From: Eledone cirrhosa
Taxonomy: Eukaryota
Direction: 5' to 3'
Length of the DNA stretch: 64,000 nucleotides
NCBI GenBank assembly: GCA_964016885.1
Contig: OZ024743.1
Coordinates: 280,984,001-281,048,000, forward strand
Shown here: positions 51,956-64,000 of the stretch, in pieces
Layout of the letters: every line of letters starts with the position of its first letter
How positions within the stretch are numbered: the first letter of the stretch is position 1
Notes under the pieces: generated by a model
Seen by the model: the letters and a program-made list of their open reading frames with translations, nothing else
Database searches by the model: none
What the model was told of the DNA's origin: nothing
Made by a program: the position numbers and the translations under genes

Positions 51956-54955
51956 ATCATTGTCGTCATCATCATCGTCATCATTGTCGTCATCAGCGTC
52001 ATCATCATCATCATCATCGTCATCATTGTCGTCATCATCGTCATCGTCATCATCATCGTCATCATTGTCGTCATCATCATCACCGTCATCATCGTCATCA
52101 TTGTCGTCATCATCATCATCGTCATCATCGTCATCATCATCGTCATCATTGTCGTCATCATCATCATCATCATCGTCATCATTGTCGTCATCATCGTCAT
52201 CGTCGTCATCATTGTCGTCGTCATCGTCATCGTCGTCATCATTGTCGTCGTCATCATCATCATCATCATGATTGTCGTCATCATCATCATCATCGTCATC
52301 ATGATTGTCGTCATCATCATCATCATCATCATCGTCGTCGTCGTCGTCGTCGCCGCCGTCGTCATCATCATCAACATCGTTGCAATCATCAAAATGATCA
52401 TTGCCATTACCATCATCACTGTCATCATCATTATCGTCATCATCATCAACAACAACAACAGCAGCAGCTGCAGTATCATCATAATCTCCATTGCCATCAT
52501 CATAACCACCATGGCTAACACTATCATCATCATTGTCATCGGCATCATAATTATTATCATTGCCGTTGTTGTCGTACAATGATAATCATCATCACCACCA
52601 CCATCATCACCATCATCATCACCATCATCACCATCATTATCATCACCATCATCATCGTCGTCATCACCACAATCACCACCATCACCACCATCACCACCAG
52701 CACCACCATCACCACCACCACCATCACCACCACCATCACCACCATCCCCACAAACACCACCACCACCATCACCACCATCACCACCACCATCACCACCATC
52801 ACCACCATCATTATCATCACCATCATCATCGTCGTCATCACCACAATCACCACCATCACCACCAGCACCACCATCACCACCACCACCATCACCACCACCA
52901 TCACCACCATCCCCACAAACACCACCACCACCATCACCACCATCACCACCACCATCACCACCATCACCACCATCACCACCATCACCACCACCATCACCAC
53001 CATCACCACAATCACCACCAGCACCACCATCACCACCATCACCACCAACACCACCATCACCACAATCACCACCATCACCACCATCACCACCATCACCACC
53101 ATCACCACCATCACCACCATCACCACCATCATCACCATCATCACCACCATCACCACCACCACCATCATCACCACCATCACCACCATCACCACCATCACCA
53201 CCATCACCACCATCACCGCCATCACCACCATCATCATCACCACCATCATCATCACCACCATCATCATCATCACCATCACCACCATCATCACCACCATCAC
53301 CAGCAACACCACCACCACCACCACCACCATCATCACCATCACAACCATCACCATCACCATCACCACCATCATCATCATCACCATCACCATCACCACCATC
53401 ACCACCATCAACACCACCATCACCATCACCACCACCACCATCACGACCATCACAACCACCATCACCCCCACCATAATAACCACCATCAACACCTCCATCA
53501 CCACCAACACCACCACCACCACTACCATCATCACCATCACCGCCATCACCACCATCACCGCCATCACCACCACCGTCAGCACCATCACCACCATCATCCT
53601 AATCAACATCAACACCATCACCAGCACCATCAACCCCATCATCATCACCACCACCACCATCATCCCCATCACCATCGTCACCATCACCACGATCATCACC
53701 ATCATCACCACCATCACCACCATCACCACCATCACCACCACCATCACCATCATCACCACCATCACCACCACCACCACCACCATCACCACCATCACCACCA
53801 CCATCACCACCACCACCATCACCACCACCACCATCACCACCACCAGCATCACGAAGATCACCACCATCACAACGATCACCACCACCATCACCACCATCAC
53901 CACTACCACCACAATCACCATCATCACCACCATCATCATCAGCATCACCACCATCACCACCATCACCACCATCACCACCATTATCACCATCACCACCACC
54001 ACCACCACCATCATCCCCACCATCATCACCACCATCATCATTATCACCACCATCACCACCATCATCATCATCACCTTCACCACCATCACCACCACCACCA
54101 CCATCACCACCATCATCACCACCATCACTATCAGCACCACCATCACCACCACCACCAATAGCACCATCACCACCATCACCACCACCATCACCACCATCAT
54201 CACCACCATCATCATCACAAACATCACCACCATCACCACCATCACCACCATTATCACCACCATCACCACCATCATCACCATCATCATCACAACCATCACC
54301 ATCATTACCATCCCCACCACCACCATCACCACCATCACCACCATCACCACCACCATCACCACCACCATCACCACCATCACCACCACCACCACCACCACCA
54401 CCATCAGTATCATCATCATCACCACCATCACCAACACCACCACTATCACCTCCAGCATCACCACCACCACCATGTACCAAGACCACCACCACCACCACCA
54501 CCATCACCACCACCATCGCCAACACCACCACCATCACCACCACCACCATCATCACCACCACCAACACCACCATCACCACCACCACCTTCACCCCCTTCAC
54601 CACCACCACCACTACCACCACCTTCACCACCTTCACCACCACCACCTTCACCACCACCACCGCCACCATCACCACCATCACCACCACCACCACCACCACC
54701 ACCACCACCACCACCACCACCACCATCACCACCACCATCACCACCACCATCACCACCACCATCACCATCACCATCTGCACTAGCTGTTGCTGCTGTCGCT
54801 GCTACTACTACTACTGCTGTTGCTGCTGTTATTTCTACTACTGCTGTTGCTGTCGCCGCTACTACTACTACTACAACTACTGCTACTACTGCTGTAGTTG
54901 TCGCTACTACTACTACTACTACTACTCCTACTACTGCTGTTGCTGTCACTGCTTG

Positions 54956-55007
<52 letters not shown>

Positions 55008-55300
55008 GTAGTTGTAGCTGCTACTACTACAACTGCTACTACTGCTGCTGCTGCTGTTACTACTACTGCTGTTACTGCTGCTGCTGCTGCTGCTACTACT
55101 ACTACGACAACTACTACTGCTGCTACTACTACTACTGCTACTGCTACTACTACTACTACTATTGCTACTGCTGCTGCTACCACTACTACTGCAGCTACTG
55201 CTATTAGTACTACTACAACTACTACTATTGCTACTGCTACTACTACTGTTAGTACTACTACTGCTACTACTACTACTACAGCAGTCAATACTATTATTAT
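51900..55300. repeat. 3.4-kb compound trinucleotide array: (CAT/CGT)n, then (CAC/CAT)n, then (CTA/CTG)n
   Basis: Direct reading; source of the poly-H/D/T/V ORFs. Confidence 0.95.
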
Positions 55301-56327
55301 TGGTGGTATTTTGTTATTTTTATTGCTTTCGTTGCTGTTTTTATTGTTCCTATTCATTTTTCTATGAATAAAATTTCTTAACCTTTCTTCTTCTTCTTCT
55401 TCATCTTCTTCTTCATCTTCTTCTCCTCCCTCTTCCTTTTCTTCTTCATCATCATCATCATCATTATCAATATCTCCGTCTTTTTTTTTCCTTTTATTTG
55501 CCTCTTCTTCTCCCTACGTTCCTTCTCACCTGTTAGCTTCTTTCTCACTCCCCTTCTCCTCATCACACTCACACTCTCTCCCCTACTCCTCTCCTTCTCC
55601 GCAACCACCTCATTCCTCATACCTCTTCCCACTTCCCCCATATTATAAAAGATCGAAGTGATAAACTGTGAACAACAGATTAGAAGAAATATTTTTAATT
55701 AAAGATATAAAACTGATATGGCGGATAAAGTGGCTTTACATTTCTCTTATTATTATTATTCCATCTTCGTAGTTAACAAGAAAACACTATAATAAATATA
55801 ATAATGGAAATAATGATAGTAATGGTGGTGGTGGTGGTGGTGGTGGTGGTGGTGGTGGTGGTGGTGGTGGTGGTGATGATGATGGTGGTGGTGGTGGAGG
55901 TGGTGGTGTTGATGATAATGAGGTGATGATGACGATGATTTCTTTGTTAACCACAAAGGATTGACATTGAGAAACATTAACGACGACACATGACAGTAAC
56001 ATGAAATGTGTGTGAGTGCTTGTGGTGGATTTTGCGTATGAACAGTTTTAATGAAATAAAAAGATGATAACAATAAAATTATAACAGTAGGGCGGAGACG
56101 TCCGAGGGCTACTCGAGGAAAAACTCCCATAAAGCCACTGTCGGCGTGGCCGCTAGGATAAGTGTCTTCCCTCAGTTCTTCTGCTCCGATAGAGCGGCAT
56201 GTACTGAGAGCAGGTTCACTCATTCGCTACTGTCATCATCAACCCCTTCAATCGCATTCAGCATACAACCTTTTCGTCATAGCTATCAAACATATAAAAA
56301 CTGCTTGCTTACCCTTCCTGGTTATAA

Positions 56328-56806
56328 GAAGGTGGCGATACGATCTTCATGAGGATTTTGTCTTTTAGCCACAAGGATTCGTACATACATACAAACATAC
56401 ATACATACATACATACATGTATACATACATACATACATACATGTATAAAAACACACGTACATACATACATACATGCATGCATACATACATGCATACATAC
56501 ATACATACATACATACATACAAAGGTGGCGATACGATCTTCATGAGGATTTTGTCTTTTAGCCACAAGGATTCGTACATACATACAAACATACATACATA
56601 CATACATACATGTATACATACATACATACATACATGTATAAAAACACACGTACATACATACATACATGCATGCATACATACATGCATACATACATACATA
56701 CATACATACATACATACATACAAAGGTGGCGATACGATCTTCATGAGGATTTTGTCTTTTAGCCACAAGGATTCGTACATACATACAAACATACATACAT
56801 ACATAC
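56328..56806 (+). repeat. Three tandem ~195-bp units: 55-bp unique segment plus a patterned (TACA)n tail
   Basis: AAGGTGGCGATACGATCTTCATGAGGATTTTGTCTTTTAGCCACAAGGATTCG at 56329, 56522 and 56723. Confidence 0.85.
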
Positions 56807-56807
56807 A

Positions 56808-57886
56808 TGGTGGCTGCCAACTCGTTTTCGAGTACGGCCACTACTTTACATCCATGTAGGATAACCCCTACCGAAGCGCTGAACGAGTGTGACTTTTTAG
56901 TCCAGCCAGCGACTTGAAACCTCTGGTACAAACACTACACCTGTGACAATTATTGACACATAGTGCTAGGCCCATGGTAGGACAATTATTGACACATAGT
57001 GCTGGGCCCATGTGAGGACAAGTGCAGAGAGATCTCCAGATATAAAGCAATGCCTGTGCCGTGAAGCTTTTATAGTGAGCAAAGGCACTGCACAAAGCCA
57101 GTCCCACTCTCTTAACCAAGATGCTATTTACCAAAAAGAAGAACAAGTCAACATCATTGGATACCATCAGGGTTGCAGGTGACCCCTTTAGCCTTAGTCA
57201 AGGCAGAATTCTAGGAGAAGGAAAACATACATACATACATGTATACATACATACATACATACATGTATAAAAACACACGTACATACATACATACATGCAT
57301 GCATACATACATGCATACATACATACATACATACAAATGGCTGCGATAGCTGGCACCTTCAAAATATGCAAAACATTCTTGCGATTCAAGGGATGACAAT
57401 TTCTTTTCTTTTAAAACCTTGCCACCAGGAAGGTGGCCGGTCAAAAAAATATACTCGAAATTAAGAGAAAGAGAAAACATACATACATGTATACATACAT
57501 AGATATATGTATACAAACATACATACATACATGGTGGCTGCCAACTCGTTTTCGAGTACGGCCACTACTTTACATCCATGTAGGATAACCCCTACCGAAG
57601 CGCTGAACGAGTGTGACTTTTTAGTCCAGCCAGCGACTTGAAACCTCTGGTACAAACACTACACCTGTGACAATCATTGACACATAGTGCTGGGTCCATG
57701 GTAGGACAATTATTGACACATAGTGCTGGGCCCATGTGAGGACAAGTGCAGAGAGATCTCCAGATATAAAGCAATGCCTGTGCCGTGAAGCTTTTATAGT
57801 GAGCAAAGGCACTGCACAAAGCCAGTCCCACTCTCTTAACCAAGATGATATATACCAAAAAGAAGAACAAGTCAACATCATTGGAT
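56808..57886 (-). mobile_element. Two 5'-truncated copies of the RTE-derived (TACA)n-bounded element plus a related tail fragment
   Basis: GGTGGCTGCCAACTCGTTTTCGAGTACGGCC at 56808 and 57533; [23 protein letters not shown]. Confidence 0.7.
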
Positions 57887-57974
57887 TATACATACATACA
57901 TACATACATACATACATACATACATACATACATACATACATACATACATACATACATACATACATACATGTATA

Positions 57975-59050
57975 CAGCCTGCCTGAACCTATTCCTCCAA
58001 GATCACTGTGAAAATAATAACATCATCGCAGATGAACAAGCAGCTGGAAAGAAAGGGGTTTGGGTATGTGCTGAACAACTCCTAATCAACAAAACTCCGA
58101 TGTCGGAGGTGCGATAACTTAGGAGGAATATGGCTACAGTCTGGCTGGACTACAGGAAAGCTTTCGATTCTGTTCCCCACTCTTGGATGCCTTTCATCCT
58201 TACGGGGTCGATAAAATAAAGTACCAGTAATGCACTGGATAGTTGCTGGCCTTGTGCCTAAAGTAGAAACAATTATTATCAGAGCCATAGAGAAACTATC
58301 TTCTTCTTGGGCTACTATCCTAAAGTTAAAGACAGAGAAGGAGGACTCTATTTTCACTGGTAAAATAAAATATCGCAGGGGTATATTTCAGAGAGACAGT
58401 CTCTCTGTGATATTATTCATCCTGTCATTAAACCCCTTGTCTTTTCTGCTCAAGAAATGTGAAGGATACATCATTGGCTCACAGGAGGACAGAAATACGA
58501 ACCTTTGTGGATGATCTGAAACTCTATGCCAAGAACATGGATGGGATGAAGAAAAATCTTGACCTGGTTACAACATTCTCAAAGGATATAGGAATGGAGT
58601 TTAGCCAAGATAAATGCTAAACAATTGAACGTAAAGCGAGGGGGGAACAACAACACAATCTAGCAACATTTATATCAATGGCCTAACTGTTTCACCGATA
58701 TCTGATGAGGACTGCTACAGATACGTGGGGATAGATGAGAACATATCCTATAATGGTATCTGGAATAAGGAAGGCGTAACCAGGGAATACTACACCCGAT
58801 TAAGAAAGATTTGGTCATCGGAACTCTGCGCAAAACAAAACAATGGCTTACAATGTGTTTGCTGTGCCTGTCCTAACACCAACGTGATTATTGGGGCACT
58901 GGGATATGTTAGTAACTGCCTCAATACAAATCTTGAGAAGCTGGGCTTCACAGGAACAGAAAGAACACAACTAGTTAGGAAATTACAAGTACAATCCATT
59001 AATGGAATAGTAAAAATATGTAAAACATTCCAAAAATGTTGCATCTAATA
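57975..59050 (+). pseudogene. Decayed R4/Dong-like non-LTR retrotransposon RT fragment with an internal deletion and a SINE 3' half inserted at ~58188-58279
   Basis: EQAAGKKG..CAEQLLINK, WLDYRKAFDSVPH, RGIFQRDSLS..LF.L.LNPLS, FVDDLKLYA, YRYVG and C-terminal VIIGALG. Confidence 0.7.
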
Positions 59051-59339
59051 ACTGCATATACACATGTACAGATACTAAGCATATATACATGCACACATAC
59101 AACTCAAAACATCCACATCCACACATACAACAACATCTATATCTACACATGCATGCATGCAGACATGCATACATATCTACCTAGTTGATGTTGTGTAAAT
59201 TCCAATGAGAGTCTTGTGTCTATGTTAGAAACCGACTCTCTCTATTGGCAAACATTTGTGAAATTATAAAACCAGAACAACATACATACATACATACATA
59301 CATACATACATACATACATACATACATACATACATACAT

Positions 59340-60618
59340 GGTGGCTGCCAACTCGTTTTCGAGTACGGCCACTACTTTATATCTATGTAGGAGAACCCCT
59401 ACCGATGCGCTGAACGAGTGTGACTTTTTAGTCCAGCCAGCGACTTGAAAACTCTGGTACAAACACTACACTTGTGACAATTATTGACACATAGGGCTGG
59501 GCCCTTGGTACCATGTGACGACAAGTGCAGAGAGATCTCCAGATATAAAGCAATGCCTGTGCCGTGAAGCTTTTATAGTGAGCAAAGGCACTGCACAAAG
59601 CCAGTCCCACTCTCTTAACCAAGATGATATTTACCAAAAAGAAGAACAAGTCAACATCATTGGATACCATCAGGGTTGCAGGTGTTATATCAGAGTTTTC
59701 CTTCTCCTAGAATTCTGCCTTGACAAAGGCTAAGGGATCATCTCTCCCGGTGATTTTGGATGGCCATTGACTCTTAAGAGCTCCTTTGCCCTTTGACAGG
59801 TTTTGTTTTTAGTCCTGCAGGATGTCCAAAGTCACCCTCCTCACTAAGAAACCTTGGTGGGGTTGCCAGTTTAGTCGCCAACGACCCGACCATGGGACAG
59901 GTTGTACTGGAATACATGTTACCACTAGCACCAACTGGTGACCTGACATACATACATACATACATACATACATACATACATACATACATACATACATACA
60001 TACATACATACATGGTGGCTACCAACTCGTTTTCGAGTACGGCCACTACTTTATATCCATGTAGGAGAACTCTTACCGATGCGCTAAACGAGTGTGACTT
60101 TTTAGTCCAGCCAGCGACTTGAAAACTCTGGTACAAACACTACACTTGTGACAATCATTGACACAGTTCTAGGCCCATGGTACCATGTGACGACAGGTGC
60201 AGAGAGATCTTCAGATATAAAGCAATGCCTGTGCCGTGAAGCTTTTATAGTGAGCAAAGGCACTGCACAAAGCCAGTCCCACTCTCTTAACCAAGATGAT
60301 ATTTACCAAAAAGAAGAACAAGTCAACATCATTGGATACCATCAGGGTTGCAGGTGCTATATCAGAGTTTTCCTTCTCATAGAATTCTGCCTTGACAAAG
60401 GCTAAGGGGTCATCTCTCTCGGTGATTTTGGATGGTCATTGACGCTTAACAGCTCCTTTGCCCTTTGACAGGTTTTGTTTTTAGTCCTGCAGGATGTCCA
60501 AAGTCACCCTCCTCGCCAAGAAACCTTGGTGGGGTTGCCAGTTTAGTCGCCAACGACCCGACCATGAGACAGATTGTACTGGGATACATGTTACCAGTAG
60601 CACCAACTGGTGACCTGA
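59340..60618 (-). mobile_element. Two head-to-tail full ~600-bp RTE-derived units separated and flanked by (TACA)n
   Basis: 59340-59947 and 60014-60618 match 48138-48737. Confidence 0.75.
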
Positions 60619-63461
60619 CATACATACATACATGCGTATATACGTACACACATACCAACATACATACAAAAAAAGTTAAAATTGTGGCGTTTATAAAAAC
60701 ATATGGGGATTTACAAAGCGAAGGTATATTTTTAAAAAAAAACAGACCAGGGCTCAGATATTTATCTATGAACATGTTAAGAAATTCATAAAGATTAAGG
60801 AATCAAAATAATTAGAAAATATATATAAGAACATGCAATAATTATAACAAGATAAAATTTAAGCAATGTAAACACAAATTCAGTAACCCACTTACATACG
60901 GTTCAGAGGCTTCCACCTGGGCCAGATCAGGGTTCTCAACAACTGATCATTTTCCTCTACCATTTTTTTTATTTAGTCTCATTGTCCACGAATTCGCTGA
61001 TTCCAAAAATGTCCGTGAACAATTTCAGGATTGCGATGATCTAGAAAAGGTCTAAGTACTAGTATTGATTTGAGTAATGTTGTTTATAGAATTGTTAGAA
61101 CATCAATAATATCCTACGTTTTCGCTTGCTAGTTTGTTTGTTTTTTCAAGCTCCACGCCAATTTACACTGAATATATTCGTTAAAGCTTTTCATCGATCC
61201 TTGCTTTGTTATACGGGGAATTGTGAACGTCATGCCTTGTGGTTTATTTTCGTTTTTTTTCTGGTTCTTATATTTTATCTTTTATTCTTGTTTGTCCCTG
61301 TACTCACTTTCCATGACCTTTTCATTATCACAAGATGATATAGCGTTGATGCTAAGGTCCCTGGTCTCCTGGTTTGCTTCTAGAACTATGAGCAAAGCGA
61401 TTTCCTTCGATGCCCTGGGAAAAGTAACATCTATGGTTTGTTGTCACGGCTGTTGTTTTGTCTTTTAACTTTTCCAGCTCTTTAAAGGTCTTTAATGATT
61501 AATCGTACGAATTTTACCAGGTAAATTTCTGGGATTGCTTCATGGTTTTGAAGGGACATGAAGATTTGAATAGCCATAGAGAATCCACTCGACTTAATGT
61601 CTTTAAAAGTCACATCAGTGCTGGCCATCAGCCTATATTGTACTACGAAGTTGATCACGAAATCAATATCATCACTGATTATTCTTCGTTCCAAATAGTA
61701 TGGGGTTAGTCTATGTGCATAGGCGTCAAGCACTAACTAAGCTTGTCTCTTCGTCTCATTCTCAGTTTTAAAAACAAAACATATTGCACCGAATGACCTT
61801 CCTTACTCTGTATGGGAGGTCTCCCCCGCCTATTGGCTAGGGCTAACTGAAAGAGCTCTTTCGGAGTCATGAGAAAAGTGTTTGAATTTTTCAAAACCCG
61901 GAGATATATTATTTTCAATTTTCTCGCTATTCGATGAAGGACTAAGTTATTGATTCATTTTCTCATCTCCCACAGTTCTAGCCGATTTTTCCTCCGCAAG
62001 ATAATTCCTATATAGGCTCTGTCAATTTATGGTAACTCGAGCGAAAGAAGGAAGCCTGAAAACACTTTTCCTGTTTCTCAATTCAAACTCTTTATTCATT
62101 CTGCTATCTTTTCGTTATTTTTTTCGGTTGGAAACAAGTATGTAGGTGTTGTTAATGTTATTTGTGTTTGTGTTATGCAAATTTGCGTTGTTGGTTATTA
62201 AATTGTGATTGTCTGTACGAGAGTGTATCATTTTATTTTATTGTCATTTTGTTTACTAGTTTTTATTCCTCTATTTTGCTCTTCACCTCGACAATGACTT
62301 CTTCCGATGGACTTGTCTTGACCTTGTTACAGGGTGAGGTCTCTGATTACGATGGGATTCAGGTAGTGCCTTGTCTGTATTTGTATTTTGGTGGGCTTAT
62401 GTGAGTAGCTATTTTGGGACTGTGTTAGGGGTGACGAAGCTGTTTCTCTGAACTGTCGTTGCCTTCTCTGACAGCAATGCCAGCGCCCCCTCCATTGATC
62501 TCTGTTGTGGACAGAAGGTACTCACGTAGTTAGTACTGCTTGGAAGATCCATTTGGTCCGGAACTTTTCCAAAGATGGGTAGTGTAAAGAATGGTATTGA
62601 TGAGGTAAGCGGCTTGACTAGCCATAATCTCAGTTCATATGCCATTTGTCACAGTTCAAGTTACCTAGCTTACGTCATTGATTATGGTTGTGTACTTTTT
62701 CTTTTCTCGTCCCTATCGCTGTTTTTGTTGTTATTGTTGTTGTTGTTGTCGTTGCTGCTGCTGCTGATGCTGCTGCTGCTCTTGCTAGACGTGTTAAGGT
62801 TGTTCATTTTGATGTTGTTGTTAATAATTTTGAGATCAGGCTGAGTGTTGCTATTTTGTCGCTGTTTGACATGTTATTGAATCTAAGAACGCCAATGTCT
62901 CTCTACTGAGCGGAGCCTGTGGTAGCGGCGCTAGTAATGGTTCATAGTAGTAGTCTCAGCGATAGCTAAGAAAATGAGAAAGTCGTCGTTGATGAAAATG
63001 GCAAAGAAAAAGCTTTCGGTGGCAACCTCCACCTCCACACAGATTGAATCACTTCCTACTTATCGTTTGAATTCATTCCATGATTCCAGTAGCTATATCA
63101 ACATCCACTCAAAAGCTGTTTGGTTACTCCTATATGGCGTAACTATATTTATGATTTTCACATATTTATTGATAACTCTAACGCTAAAAATATACACTTT
63201 ATTTCAATTTCTATTTGCTAGGGTATGTGTGCATCTATTGAAGTGGTTGCTGTTATTGTTTTTAAAGTGATATTATGGTTGCTTTAGCCCCAGTTCTATA
63301 TTTTATTTTGCAGACCAATGATCAAAACGTTCTAGCTATGTAGTTGACATATCTAAGACTAGATTGGACAATATGTCCTTTTTATTTTAAAATAATAATG
63401 TAATAAACAGGAAGAGAGGATAAACGCAGGAATAGGAAGGAAGCAAATTCTACATTCCGGC

Positions 63462-63720
63462 TTAGCTCCACCCCGCGGATAAGATGGCGAAAGCATTGCC
63501 ACCGCGAACAGCCATTGACACTTGCTGCATCAGCCATACTACCTCACGGGGCTCGTTCCTCAAGAGGGATCCACTCCTCCCAATTTTGTGGAGGAAAACG
63601 ACAATCCAATGACCGAGAACACAGAAGGTCTCTACTGCGACCGACAGGAAACTGAAACAGTCAGCCAACTCCTGGAATTTGGAAGACTTTCCGCTCCTCT
63701 GTGTTAGAGGCTGCAGTGTC
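63462..63720 (-). pseudogene. CRE-clade-like non-LTR retrotransposon C-terminal (RLE) remnant
   Basis: KxxKFxEL..F..VAVET..LG..FLxKIG..EPRE..WLxQxVSxAVxxGNA..IL. Confidence 0.6.
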
Positions 63721-64000
63721 ACAATTTCTGGTCGTAGCGACAAGACTGGAACCTGAGAATGTCTCACAGCTTAATCCCCTTTGAGAAAAATGTGGCTATT
63801 ATATTACATTATATCTAGCTTGTTGAGTGACCACATACAGGCTTCCTGGTTGGTTCAGCAAGTAACCACTGTTACATAGATTTCTGTCTCAGTTCCAATC
63901 TACTATTAAAATATATTAGATCTAGTCCTTGATAGAGACGCATCTGTTAATAACCATAACATGGCGATTATTATCCCACTTCAACATATAAATATATACA

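Noticed and set aside
51750-55371. Poly-His/Asp/Thr/Val ORFs up to 734 aa as host genes
   Set aside because: Pure trinucleotide repeats open on both strands, with no unique domain, signal peptide or splice evidence.
60510-60620. HDV-like ribozyme at the 5' end of the RTE-derived unit
   Set aside because: A P3/L3-like GTA-TCCCAG-TAC and a partial P1 exist, but I could not build P2, P1.1 or the catalytic C by eye.
60928-61060. MER5-like hAT MITE
   Set aside because: Only the left terminus CAGGGTTCTCAAC is recognisable.
61200-63060. Decayed LINE ORF1 on the minus strand (RRGRPP...GH)
   Set aside because: The knuckle cysteines are absent and the frames are fragmented; too weak to call.

Overview
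This is repeat-saturated, AT-rich eukaryotic DNA with no recognisable host gene. The SINE families and microsatellite load suggest an octopus or other cephalopod (inference). Almost all long ORFs outside 22.5-40 kb are microsatellite artefacts. (1) The centre (22537-39934) holds three apparently full-length, mutually diverged Tx1/L1-clade non-LTR retrotransposons on the minus strand, joined head-to-tail. Each is bounded on both sides by (GATA)n and ends in AATAAA followed by (ATCT)n rather than poly(A), which suggests a (GATA)n-targeting family. (2) The flanks hold three Penelope-like GIY-YIG remnants and many (TA)n-embedded foldback or tandem elements carrying type I hammerhead ribozyme (HHR) motifs, mostly with palindromic minimal stem III. 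One pair is tandem with a 430-nt spacing (retrozyme-like), and several foldbacks break inside the HHR. (3) The right end holds (TACA)n-bounded ~600-bp RTE-derived units, an R4/Dong-like remnant and a CRE-like remnant. Nin/Deu-type tRNA SINEs are scattered throughout. All calls are by eye; no searches were run.
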